Below are positions 1 through 11,973 of a DNA stretch of 64,000 bases, piece by piece. The notes beneath the pieces were generated by a model. It saw only the letters and a list, made by a program, of their open reading frames with translations, had not been told where the DNA came from and made no database searches. How positions within the stretch are numbered: the first letter of the stretch is position 1; each line of letters opens with the position of its first letter. A program made the position numbers and the translations under genes. Location: positions 115,444,001 to 115,508,000 of the forward strand of contig OX597817.1 in NCBI GenBank assembly GCA_951406725.2, read 5' to 3'. This DNA is from Octopus vulgaris (Eukaryota).

Positions 1-120
1 TCGTAACCCGGCATTTCGTAAAGCGGCTCTTCGTAAAGTGAGTAATCCAGTAATCTATATAAGCCTGACAGTGGCCCGCGAAACTTTGAGTCACATGGAG
101 CTGAATGGAGCTGTTTTGAG

Positions 121-181
<61 letters not shown>

Positions 182-450
182 TTACTTGGAAATGGATAGG
201 TCTCTTTCAATTACATAGTAAATAAAATATAATATAACATGTATATATAATATTGAATAAAAGTTTCAAAAAAGTTCTATTTTTAATTAGTATCAATAGT
301 GAAGATTATTATCAATAACCACATTATAATTAATTCATAACTATAAGCCCATAATGTGGTTATTGACATTTAAAAGTATATTCTCGGCATATTTGGCATA
401 GAAAATTTTTTTCTTTCGCCCTTATTTATGAGTTGTTTATATATATATCT

Positions 451-687
451 GTAATATAACATGTGACAATTATTTGGTTTCCATAATAAAACTCCGACTT
501 TCGGATGTCGGGCGGAAACCTGGACCGGAATCTCTTCAGGTTTCCACCCCGACATCCGAAACTCGGAAGTATTATTATGGCAACCGAATAATTGTCACAG
601 ATTGTATTACATATAAATTCCTATGTTTACATAATATCGAGGTTTCTTTCATTATTTTGTAATCTTACCGTTACTATTAATAATACA
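451..687. mobile_element. Fold-back copy of a Penelope-like pLTR/3' end (arms 451-524 and 535-610) with degenerate hammerhead motif
   Basis: The arms are imperfect reverse complements. 541-687 aligns by eye with the minus strand of 43893-44030, the 3' region of the GIY-YIG PLE. Minus strand reads CTGAAGA-gat...atc-c-GAAA. TA-rich flanks. Confidence 0.75.
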
Positions 688-830
688 TTGTATATATATA
701 TATATTCTTTACAGATTTAGAGTAAAAATTATTAATTTAATAAACTAACCAATTTTACCAAGTAGTTTTCGGCATGGAAAAGAATCATATTCGGTAAAAA
801 CTTATATAAAAAGTTTTTTTTCATATATAA

Positions 831-1150
831 TTATAGCAATAATTAAGGGTTTAGCAACAAGTTGCTTGACCATATACCGAAAATTTTAGAAATAGCAGCC
901 AAAAGACTGCTATTTATTTTTTTTACAAAATATGTCTTCACAGATAACAATATTTGTAACGCACATAGGCAAAAAGAAGACTGCTTGATTTCATTATTTT
1001 TCTTCTTTTTGCCCATGTGAGTTACAAATATTGTTATCTGGGAAGACATATTTTGTAGAAAAAAGAAATAACTGTCTTTTGGCTGCTATTTCTAAAATCT
1101 TCGGTATGTGGTCAATCAACTTGTTGCTAAACCCTTAATTATTGTTATAA
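831..1150. repeat. Long inverted repeat (150-bp arms 831-980 and 1001-1150, 20-nt loop); fold-back element
   Basis: Left ttatagcaataattaagggtttagcaacaagttg...ggcaaaaagaaga mirrors right tcttctttttgccc...caacttgttgctaaacccttaattattgttataa. TATA flanks. Confidence 0.9.
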
Positions 1151-1171
1151 ATATATATAGATATTTTTTTT

Positions 1172-1833
1172 TCTCTAGTTTCAGCTCAGAGCTGTGGCCA
1201 TGCTGAAGCACCGACGTTTTGCTACATATTTATTACTAAGACCCTCCTATAATATGTGACACTTGATGAAGAATGGAGTTTGATACAGCTACCCTCTTTT
1301 GCACCTCTTGCCGTGAGATAGGTTCATCTGGGACTCTCGACAGGAAGAGGTTCAGCTTTGATTTAAAAACCCCTACATCTACTTTGTGCAAGTTCCTCAG
1401 ACTCTTTGAGAGAATATTAAAAAGCTGTGGGTCCTTGAAACCCAGGCTGTTGCAGTAACTGGTTCTGATGTGTGATGGCATTTCTGGGACCTTTGGCACT
1501 ATGCAGTGTCGTCTCGTTCTGGTATTGGTGTAGCTTTCAATGCCAAAATTTGGCACAAATACTTCCAGGTTCATCCAGATATATATTACTGCATACCTCT
1601 CCCGTCTTCTCTCCAGGGAGTTGAGTCTTAACTGTTTCAACCTTTCCAGTGGCTGAGTTGTTGCAGAGAGACGATCTTCTTTGTGAATCTTCTCTGGATT
1701 GCTTCAACGTCCGCTGTTAATTCCACACTGGTGGCTGACCATAGCTGTGAGCAGTAATCCAGGCGGCTGAGGACGCAATGGTTTCCTTATCTCTGGTTCT
1801 GAATGTTCTTCGGATCCATCCGGCCAGTCGTCT
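1172..1833 (-). mobile_element. CR1-group LINE, 5'-truncated 3' fragment of ORF2 plus 3' tail
   Basis: Translated motifs LAGWIRRTF, LDYCSQLWS, IQRRFTK, SLERRRERYAVIYIW, FKSKLNLFLSRVPDEP. Homologous to 25365-25800. Confidence 0.85.
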
Positions 1834-1877
1834 GTATTATATATATATATATACATGCATATATGCGTACAAGACGT

Positions 1878-2137
1878 CACCAACGGTGAAAATAACATGA
1901 GATACGTTGAAAATCTAGGGAAAAGAGTGAAATACGTAAAAAACAAGAATAAAATGGAAAACAGGACAAGTAGACACAGAGAAATGACCCGAAATGAGGA
2001 GCAGATAGACAGCCAACAACTGATGAAGGGTTCTTTCTCAGAGTTTACTTGTCTTTCACTTGTTTTCCATTTTATTCTTGTTGTTTACATATTTCACTCG
2101 TTTGTTCACGTATTTCATGTTATTTGAACCGATGGTG
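1878..2137. repeat. Inverted repeat (arms 1878-1990 and 2028-2137) whose loop contains GAAA and CTGATGA
   Basis: The two arms give near-identical peptides on opposite strands in the ORF track (KRVKYVxNKNKMEN). CTGATGA lies at 2020-2026. Confidence 0.85.
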
Positions 2138-2392
2138 TGTGCGTACACACACGCAGACACACACACACACACACACACATACACACACATATATATATAT
2201 ACATATACATATATATATATATATGTGTATATATATATATATACATATATATACACATATATACAGAGAGGTCACAATAGAGACGGAGGGTGCTAGCCAG
2301 CACCGTTTATGCTTAAATCAGTGTTAAATTAACTCCAAAGCCACAAACCACTAACTCAATGATTGACAAAGGGAGGTAAGCCCCTACCTTAT

Positions 2393-2451
2393 GGAACTGG
2401 ATCTCAATTTCCAATCTTAGTGTTGACACCTTAATTCTCATCAGCGGCTTT
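2393..2451 (-). ncRNA. Type I hammerhead ribozyme motif (intact CUGAUGA core, damaged stem I/II)
   Basis: Minus strand: aagccg CTGATGA gaattaaggtgtcaacactaagattg GAAA ttgag ATC cagttc. Confidence 0.7.
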
Positions 2452-2724
2452 TAACGCCTAGGGTTAAACTCAACTTTCTCTATCAATTATATAAGAAACA
2501 CCGTTTAAATCATATACTGATTTTCCTCACTGTGTAAGTATTAAACAACTAATAAAAGGGTGGCTTATTAGCAATTAGATCTTAATTGCTAATAGGCAAA
2601 ATTAATAGTGATCACAAAAGTGACGGAGGGTGCTGGCCAGCACTGTTTATGCTAAAATAAGAGTTAAATTAACCTCAAAGCCATATTATTGATACAGGAA
2701 GCCAAGTTTAACCCTAGGCGTTAA

Positions 2725-2781
2725 AAGCCGCTGATGGGAATTAAGATGTCAACACCAACATTCGAAATCGCGATCCGGCTT
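2725..2781 (+). ncRNA. Type I hammerhead ribozyme motif (A9>G lesion)
   Basis: Stem I aagccg/cggctt; CTGATGG; stem II gaat...attc; GAAA; t-cgcg-a palindromic stem III; AUC cleavage triplet. Confidence 0.8.
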
Positions 2782-3956
2782 CATACGACAGGTTCGTACC
2801 TCCCTTTTGTCAATCATTGAGTAAGTGCCTAAACGGTGCTGGCCACCACCCTCCGTCAATTTTGTGACCTCTATTAATTTTGGCTTTAGGTTCTAATTGC
2901 TAATAAGCCATTCTTTTTATTAGTTGTATACACACACACACACACACATCGAATTTATATGAAAGAGAACTATAATACAGGGAAATCCTGCTAATATTAA
3001 TTTACAAATATATTTTCTAATTATTAGATATCGATGAAATAAAAATATTCTATGAAATATTCTACTGTCATTTTCAACAGAATTTCCACTTAATCATTCA
3101 CAAATTAACACAATATTGTTCACGACAATGAAATTCTGAAAGATGGCATTCAGTTCATTTGCCTAACCTTGCGGAAAGAGACAAAAGCATACAATATTCC
3201 TAGTTTAATTTCTCAAATTAACACGTGAATAAATACTTCATCATATAATAGTAGACATATTTACGTCAATGCATTCCCAGCATCCTAACAGGCCCACTCT
3301 ACATGCACAAACATATTAATACTCTCATATATTTATATCCGCATATACGAAATATAAATAAACATGTATATTTTGTTACATACGCATATGCATCAAGTTT
3401 TGGATTCTCTAGAAGTGATAAATTGTTTATCTAAAAGAAAACCTAAAAATAAAGCATTTTGGTAAAGTATTCTATCAACGTCGTGAATTAATCACTTCTC
3501 ATTTAAAGGAGGAAGAAAATAAAATATGTTTTAATACCAGTGGCTATAATTACATTAACGGTGTTATTTACTGTTTGTACGCTGCATTCAGTTAGGTTTC
3601 ACAGATTTTCTATCTCCAGGGATAGCGAATATACGAAAATCAAAAACAAGCTTGCCAAAAAAAAAAACACAACAAAAGACAAAAGATGCGTCTCTCATTA
3701 GCTTATTAATTGAGTTTTATGAACCATTATTAGAAAATAGGTGGCATAAAAAAATTCAATATGCATTGTTTCAGTATGTATTTCAATCTAACTTACCTTA
3801 TAAGTTTTCTTCGCCCTTCCCCAAACTGAACATTGAACATTTTGCAAAATGATATAGGAATTATTTCTGAAGTACATTTATTACCATACAGTCTTCTATG
3901 ACACATCTATTTTTTGTCCCTTCACAGAACTACTTATTGCCAATAAGATGGTGACA

Positions 3957-4043
<87 letters not shown>

Positions 4044-4067
4044 ATATAAAGAACACTGGAAGCTGTA

Positions 4068-4205
4068 TATATTCTGGTCATTTCAAAATGTAACTGTATG
4101 TGAATCGTTGCCGATTTTCTTCCTCCGACTTCCCTTCCATGCTAATAGTTTATGTATACCACGTCCTCCTGTTGTTTTTTTGTGTTTCTTCTTTTTGGGA
4201 CTTAC
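4068..4205 (+). mobile_element. Short PLE-type unit (family B), internally deleted copy lacking the HHR
   Basis: The 5' part matches the minus strand of 24920-24990 and 44668-44730. The 3' part (taatagtttat...ccacgtcctc...gttgtt) matches 6660-6740. Confidence 0.65.
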
Positions 4206-4218
4206 TATATATATATAT

Positions 4219-4602
4219 ATGAGCAAAACGTACAACCGTCCAATGGACGGTGCTGAGTTTTGAAACATTTAAACCAAATTTTCTCAAAACAACTTGTCCG
4301 ACCATCCCATAGGCCTCCCCATTGGGAATCACTGATTTAACATAAATTTGAGAGACCATGCATTTTCCTCGCGTACGCATAGTATCGATCGCAACAGCTG
4401 ATATGCTTGCGCGTACAAATGCACGTTCCCACGACTTTATCGATCACATTCTCACCGAGTATCGATTTTTGTAATATTTTAAGACTTATGCACGCCCTGA
4501 TACCGTCGGTACCTACATATCAAATTTGAGCGCAATCTGATGGAGGATGTCCGAGATCCTAGAAGACACACACACACACAGAACGGATTTTATATCATAG
4601 AA
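4219..4602 (-). mobile_element. Non-autonomous Helitron-like element
   Basis: Minus-strand 5' tctatgatataaaatccg + (TG)n. Subterminal hairpin accgtcc-aat-ggacggt (4236-4252) near a decayed CTAG end. Inserted in (TA)n. Confidence 0.6.
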
Positions 4603-4606
4603 TATT

Positions 4607-4643
<37 letters not shown>

Positions 4644-5188
4644 ATATATATATTTATAAAGGCAGGGAGAGAGGAGAGAGAGATGAAAATGTGGCGATGG
4701 ATTCAATGACATCTAACTTATTACATATAACTAGAATTGTTTTCACACGTCGTTCCACGCGTAATGCATTGATAAGGTATAATTAGCATACTGCGTCATC
4801 ACTACCATCCATCCATATATATATATATATATTTCGCAGTATGCTCTTGAATACACTTCTCACACCCATTATTGTTATTACTACTTATTTATTTTCATAA
4901 CAAATTTTTCCCGATCTATTGGCTGTTTTTATTTTTTACTTTCTTCGATTGATATACAAATTCATTTCTTAATATTTTTCGGTGTACACTATATCCCATT
5001 TTTTCACTTATTACTTATATAGCTACTTCCTTTTCTTTTGTCATATATTATTCATATTATATACATTTGTATATGCGTATACATATGCACATTTATGTCC
5101 ACATCCACATGCATATAAGTGTATATGCATGAATGTGTGTGTAGGTGCATATATGGTTGTATATGCATGGATGCATGTGTGTATGGAA

Positions 5189-5233
<45 letters not shown>

Positions 5234-6544
5234 TATGTGTATGTGTATATATGTCTATATATAGATATGTATATGTATATAAGTGTATATTTTTTACACA
5301 TATATTTGTGTACGTGTGTCTATATGTATATGTTTGCATATATACCTGTATATGTATGTGTATACGTATGTAGATATGTATATATACGTATATGTATATA
5401 TGTGCATATATCGATTTTTATACACACATATGTACCCATGTATGTTTTTCCATATATATACTTGCATCAGTTTTGTGTTGGTGTATATATGTAGGTTTGT
5501 GTGTATGCTTATGTTTTTTGGGGGGCGCTTTGTATATGTATTATGTGTAGGTGTATACCTGTGTATTCCCAAAGAATAATTTTTTCCTGAATATACATTT
5601 GGCATTATGTACTACTATATCTACTATAACTCTCTCTGACCTATAAATAAATTTAAAAGAAAAATCCTTGTTATTACGAATTACTTATCAACAATTTTTC
5701 TAACGGTAGTATGTACTTTCCTTTTTTTATTTTCTCACACAATTCATAATATTAACAACTATACCTTTTTTTTTTATTACAAACGAATATAATACTATCT
5801 TAACATAATGTTACATCCTGTCACAATAATATTTACCCAATTATTTTTTCTACCCTTCGATTTTCTAGTAACTTATTTTAAATCACACCCATATACCTAA
5901 ACCCCTTATCCTAGACATTGTTCTTTTAGTAAACTATTTCTTTTATCAGTTTTTCATCTTTTTTCTTTGCACACCGTCCATAACTGTCAACAAACACTAA
6001 AATTTAAATATAGTTTTTATATCCCACTAGACGCCTATTACATGCGAGCGCGTGCATTTATGCATGTAAGAAGCGGGAGTGCAATTTTATTATATTGTTT
6101 TCTCCGATCTTTCCTACATATATCTAAAAATATCCGTTGACCAAAACATTTCTAGTTCTTACAGAGATCGTCTCAACACTACATAAGCATATTCCTATAT
6201 CTCTTTTTTTCCTCTTTCACAATTTTTTATGAATATCTGATCGAGTTTATCCGATACAGACTCTCTGAAGTTCCATTGTAATATTCTTTTGTTAATACCT
6301 TTTTTGATGTTTTCTTCATCTTTTCCACAGAGGACAATGGTAATACGTAATTAAATGGAGTTAAAATAATTATCATTTTAATTATTATTATAACCAATTT
6401 CATTTTTCTAGGTTTCTTGCATGTTGGTATTATCATTCGAAACGATCGTATGGATTAAAACTTCATAGAAACTCTTAATATCTTCTCTTCTCAATTTTGT
6501 AAATGTTAGTTGAGTCTATATAGAGGATTATATATTATAAATGC

Positions 6545-6740
6545 TCATAACACACTTCCTGTGTCTTCCCTTCTCGGGAACTTACCTTCTCCTATGTTTC
6601 CGACGAAGAGCTCCGCTCGAAACGTTAAACCCTCCTTCTTCCCTTCTTTCCTGAGCGTCCAATAATAGTTTATTTGTTCCACGTCCTCGCGTTGTTGTGT
6701 TTTTTTGATTTTTTGTGTTTTCTTGTTTGGATTAACTTTA
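6545..6740 (+). mobile_element. Short PLE-type unit (family B) with minimal hammerhead
   Basis: Closely similar to the reverse complement of 24778-24985. Ends at (TA)n. Confidence 0.8.
6595..6631 (+). ncRNA. Minimal hammerhead ribozyme motif (PLE type, CCGACGA core)
   Basis: gttt CCGACGA a gagc-tcc-gctc GAAA cgtt aaac. Stem I gttt/aaac; palindromic ACGT stem III as in PLE minimal HHRs. Confidence 0.7.
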
Positions 6741-6760
6741 TATATATATATATATATGTT

Positions 6761-7447
6761 ACTGGGTGCGTATAAGGTATTTGAGGACATACCTTTTTGG
6801 GGTCATTGCTGCATTTTTTGCTAACTCTGTATAATCTTTGTTTCAGAAAATAATAATGGCAGACCCTCAGCTTACTCAAGGAATGAAGAGGCATGCTGTT
6901 ATTGTGGTTATAAACGCTGATATCGAAATATCTCGATTTTTAAAAGTTGTCAGAGCTTTCGTTTACATAGATTATAAGGAGCTCGAGACTGAAGATGGAA
7001 ACGTAACACCAGTATCAAAGCATAAAAAGCATTTTACACGCTATGAAATCATCAGAACACCTGAATTTATCTAGCAGGATCAACAGACCATTGATTACAA
7101 TCCTAGAAAGTTCATCTGGTCAATTGTAAAAGATCTGCATGTGTCAGAAGAAACAGTCAGAAATATTGTCCATGAAGACATCAGATATAAGTCTTATGTG
7201 ATGAAAAAGGTTAATTTGTCCGAAAAAGAAAAAGAAAATCACTACATCAGATCTAAAAGTCTCTTAAACAAACTGAAAAATAGCAGAAGATTTCATTTGA
7301 TCTTGGTCGAGAAAAACATCGACCAAGACCAAAACGTTAAGAGAAGAAATGCGAAATGCTTATGTGCACACCCTTCTGAAGGTCTAAGTTTTATGCATAC
7401 AAAATTTCCGGCAACTGTCATGGTTTTAGGAGTTGTCAGTAATGATA
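6761..7447 (+). pseudogene. Tc1/mariner transposase relic (probably DD37D/maT-like), 3'-truncated
   Basis: Left end ta|ctgggtg. Motifs VSEETVRNIVHEDIRYKSY, EKNIDQDQNVKRRN, MHTKFPATVMVLGVVSND. In-frame stop at 7072-7074. Confidence 0.8.
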
Positions 7448-7448
7448 G

Positions 7449-7560
7449 GATAAGTACTAGGCTTACAAAGAATAAATTCTGGGGTCGATTTGTTCGACTA
7501 AGTGTGGTACTCCTTTATTGCCGCAGTCAAATATCTGAAACAATTAAGAGAATAAAGGAA
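7449..7560 (+). mobile_element. SINE 3' fragment
   Basis: gataagtactaggctt...ggggtcgatttgttcgactaa...gccgcagtcaaatatctgaaacaa resembles the 3' part of the SINEs at 22134 and 47444. Confidence 0.6.
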
Positions 7561-8611
7561 TATTCATGTGTATTTATGTATCTCATATGATGTAACAGTC
7601 ATTCTTACGCTTCTGTAGGTCTTTTGAAACCCTATAACTTGAAGTATCTTGAGGTTAGTTTGTTTTATTTGTAAGAGGATATACTTTTTCTCTGGTGAAA
7701 GGTAAGTGAATCGATAATCGCGTAGGTATATGTTTGCATGTCCTTTGAAATATATATGGTTATGTGGGTGTGTTGAGAAAGAGACAGTGTACCTGTTTAT
7801 TAAGAAAATACAAAAACAAATCTTTTGGCGTTGTGATTTTTTAGTGCGTGCAAATGTAAGGGAAGAAATAATCCAATTTCTTGAAAAACTGAATATTTAT
7901 TGGGAAAATGTTAGAAAATTGCTAGGACAGTCTGACATTATTGATAATTAATGCACTAACTATTTTTTGAGAGGGAAAGAAGTAAAATCGTGTTTTGTTC
8001 GGATTTCATGTCACATTTGTTCATATTCCGCAATGGCATCTAAACCAATATTTGTGTATTTGTTTATTCAACGTTGTCACTCAATCATTTCAGCATTTAT
8101 ATAATTTCTGCAGTGAAGAGACAAGAGAAATTCTGTGAATGAGCATAGAGTGATGATTTATCTAAGTGTTACATTATAAAAACAGAATATTTTCAGTAAA
8201 AAAAAAAACATGATAATCTTGGCTAGAATTCTGCCCAATCATTGTAATGATTACAGTATTGAAATGCAAAATTATAGTGATAACTTGAATTTTTAAACTG
8301 GCTACTGATTCTATTCCAATAACATGATTTTATTTAATGCTACACATGACGGTAGTCGAATATATACATGATTTTCAGTTGATCTTCCGTTGGTTGGATA
8401 AAAGTCGATAGGCTCAATTATATATTTGTCTTCTGAATGCAATTTCCGGCATTTTGAATTATTCGTCCCATTTACGTTATTAATGATTGTTAAGCATTTC
8501 GTGAACTGTTTAAGGTGTACAGAGAATAGTTTTTAATGGTCTCGTGCTGATTTCTAGAAGATGGCGTAAGATTTTGTTTCTGTCTATCATTGCTTATCAT
8601 GAGGCACGCAT

Positions 8612-10562
8612 CATAACGCCTCCAACTTCCGCAGCAATGGCTCAAAAGCCAATACATACAAAAGCTGTGACAGGGAGCATCCCTGGCGTACTGAGCGTTC
8701 AATCTGGAACGGTTTTGAAAAAAATCCCGTTCATTTGGATGATAGACTCGATGTCACCACTGTACAAAGCATCATTCCAACCGCGGAAAGTCGGGCCCAA
8801 CCCGGCCTCCCCGAGGATCGCCGCCAGGTACCGATGATCGACCCTATCAAATTCTTTAGACTGGTCTAAATGTACCTGGGCCCCACCTTTGCCAGAAAAT
8901 TTCCCAACCCTCTCTAAAGAGTAGCGTATAAGATGGAGATTGTCACGAATTTACCTGCACAGGATACCGCAATTTTGCGCCTCCCCGACAAATCTGTCCA
9001 CGACATGTGTCAACCTTTTTGTCAACACCTTGGCCAAAATCTTTAACTCTGTTTAGCAGAGTTATGGGCCGAAAATTACTTATGATATCCTCCTTGCTCG
9101 GGTCCTTTCTGATTAACGTCATCATCGCACGGCTCGCAGGTTTGGGAATTCTCCCATTCTGCTGCCAGTTGGCGTAGACACTGACCAGTAAGTGCCTGAA
9201 TAAGTCTGGCATACTTTTGTAAAACTCATAGGGCAGACCATCAAGACCCGCCGACGTGCCCCGGGGTAGTCGGATAGCGCCTCGATCAACTCCGTAGCCG
9301 TAATCGCCCCCCGACAGCACTCAGTTTCTCGTGTCGAGCGAGGCGGCCCACCAGTCAGGATGTCCCGTGGGGCCTCACCATGGTCTAGCGTCCCGTTCCT
9401 CCCAAACAACTCGGCGAAGTGCTCGTAAAGTGCCTCACACATCTCCTCCTGAACTTTGACAAAACGTCAATTTTCGTCAGTCAAAGACCTGATTATGGCA
9501 TCTTTGCTACACTGGGTCTGTACCGTACGGGTCCACCCGGCAACACCAATTCCCTCGCGGTCCGAACACTGCATACATCATGTTTGGCTTTGAGATGACA
9601 GTCCAAGGCCGTTCTCGCCGCCAAAATTTGGAATGCAGAGCCCAATCTCAACGCCACTTCTAAAGCCTTAAATAGGTTTCCTTCTATCTAAGTTATCTAA
9701 ATTTAGCTGACGGCTAAATCTAATGGTCTCAAAACGTATGGCCTCTTTAGGGCAAATCACCACCCGTTATTCACCACGGTGCCGGTTAATACCCTTTATA
9801 CTAACTCTTTAATCAGGTTACGGTATGCCTCGCAAGCCAAAATAGACTTGTTCAGCTTCCAGTAGCCGCATCCATGTCTATAGACACTATCTACCTTCAA
9901 CCTACACTTAACCATTTCATGTCAAATTGAAGAAACTGTGGACAGCTAAAGCTAGTCTTATCTCTAATTCTTATAACTAACCTGACGTCATTCATCCTTG
10001 TCCACACTGGGACGCTCGAGTGCCCAAGTCTGTAACGATCTGCCAGCTGAAAACGCTTAAGCAGATCGATGAGACGTCAGTTAACACTCATACCAATCAA
10101 CCCACAGCTATCCGGGCGTGCATCCAGGATAGCATTGTAGTCTCCTGTCAAAACTAATGTCTTGGACGTCACGAGAAAGTTCTCTAGGCGCCGATAGAAA
10201 TCAGTTTGCTGCCGTCTTGCACAAGGCGCGTAAATATCGATCGATCTGAGGGCCTTTTTGCTGTATGTCACGTCAAGGACGACCAGCCCACCTTCAGGGT
10301 CAACGAAGACTGTACTTGTTTGCAGTGTCTAGCCTTTTCGAACCAGGACTACTACACCCCCTCGACCTTCGGTCTGGTCAGGAGGAATGATTTTCTCATA
10401 GCCATTCAGGAGAGCCGAGAAGGTTTGTAGCTTATGCAGCTTAGTCTCTGTAGCAACCATCACATGTATATCATGTGATCTGAGGTCGTCGAGGAAACAT
10501 GCTTCCTTCCATTTCGAGCTCAGACCACGCACATTTAAACAACCAAGGTTAAGAGTTGACAT
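8612..10562 (-). pseudogene. ORF2 (APE endonuclease + partial reverse transcriptase), multiple stops/frameshifts
   Basis: LNVRGL, ATETKL, GGVVVLV, IYAP, LTGDYNAILD, GYWKLN, GLDGLPYEFY, NFRPITLLN, LDQSKEFDRVDH, VRQGCSLSQLLY. Ends before YADD. Confidence 0.9.
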
Positions 10563-10589
10563 TTTTAGGAAAACTAAAGGTTCTACTTA

Positions 10590-11973
10590 CTTTTCATTGG
10601 CGATGTGGGGGGCCGAACTCACGTCTCGTGAGGGTACCCCTCTTTTCTCCTCTGAGGTATTTTGGAACGTCTTTTAATCTAGAGATGGCTTCTGGATGCC
10701 CCCCCCCCCCTTCAGCTGTTTAAATCATATTTCGCCTATCTAGGCACATTTTCTAGGATAGTCCTTGTGCTTTGGATATAATTTGAGTATTTTCCTTTGG
10801 GTCGAATTTCAGCAAACTTCGGCTTTCGCCTGGCTTTCTGGGACGGTTGGACGGTATTTTTTAAATGTTTGAGTTGCTGTATATTCTGTTTTTGTGGGGG
10901 ATGTGGACGGGGATTGTGTCAAACGTTCTTTTGGTCGGGCCCCGAACAAGAGTGTACTCCCCCTCGACCACCTCCATAGTGTCATCTGGGGAGTGGCCCT
11001 TTTACTGTCAAGTGCCGTCGATGTTGCGGGGTGGGTGCTTTTGTTGTTGTCGGGACTGGTGTGTGAGTGGTTTGGGGCTTTTGGAATACTTGTTTGGAGA
11101 TTTGTGTGGGCACTACAGTAGGTGAAGTGGGTGTTTTAGCTAGTGTAGGAGATGATGTGTGTGTGGGTTCGGGAGCAATTTTTGGGTTTGTGAGGAGTCA
11201 GGTATATTTGCATTCACAGAAGTGTGGGCCTTTATTCCCGTGTCGCAGTCAACCCTTATATGGCCTTTTCGTCCACATTTAAAACATCTGAGTTTTTTGC
11301 CTCTCCACATGCATTTTGAAGGCCATGTTCCCGCTCACGTGCACACTGTCAGGAATCCGTTCTAGGTCTTCTGGTGCTGCTTGAATTATGGCCCGCTTGC
11401 TCTGTGGGAGCAAATTTCTGAGGGATGGAGGCAGAGCGTGTTATTTGTAGGATATTTTACCTTCCCTTTTAAACAACAGGGCTGCCATCACCCACGTGCA
11501 TCAACCTCCGGCGGTACATGCGTCGCCCCATATAGACTGACAGAGGCGCAACTTCTGTTGTTTTCAACGGGCTGCATGCGAGCATCTCTATTGTTCTGAA
11601 TCTGGCTTCTATTGTGCCAAATTTCCTTGCTCTTGTTATATAACTAATATCATTCCATATGGGTGCCACGCATTTTTCAATTTTATTCTGTTCAATGTTT
11701 CATTTTTTCTTATGGGCAGATCGTTTTGAATATAATTGTTTTGTTTTAAAAATTCCTTCTGTTGTGTTGGTGGTAAGAGATATTTTTACCTCACCCTCCT
11801 CCTCTGTCATTCTTTTAAACATTTCCTGGAGTTCCCCCAATGGGATCTCCAGATTTTCCACTTGCACTATGGTGACTGCCGCAAAGCCTTTAGGCGGCTT
11901 GTTTTGGATGCTGGTCAGCCTCAGAAGTATCACACTCTTCGAGAGAGCATTTTTCTCTTATCTCCATCGACAT
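10590..11973 (-). pseudogene. Tx1-type ORF1 (zinc-knuckle nucleic-acid-binding protein), disrupted
   Basis: MSMEIRE..SVILLRL N-terminus with a homopolymer frameshift. CFKCGRKGHIRVDC knuckle at ~11244-11287, followed by a Pro/Thr/Lys-rich tail. The 3' end is approximate. Confidence 0.75.

Larger units (their letters stand above)
2267..2927. mobile_element. Hammerhead-bearing short repeat: ~340-nt unit with terminal redundancy plus an inverted partial copy (retrozyme / PLE pLTR-like)
   Basis: Direct repeat gacggagggtgct at 2282 and 2622. 2350-2490 is inverted at 2686-2827, and 2545-2600 is inverted at 2873-2927. Contains two HHR motifs. Confidence 0.8.

Noticed and set aside
1-120. Tigger- or hAT-like terminal fragments at the window edge
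   Set aside because: Short and cut by the window boundary; the partner end is not visible.
6100-6440. Third GIY-YIG remnant (KEYYNGTSE..., CLC)
   Set aside because: Too degenerate to support without a profile search.
6985-7010. CTGAAGA-tg-GAAACGTA motif
   Set aside because: It lies within transposase coding sequence, has no room for stem II and has no stem I.
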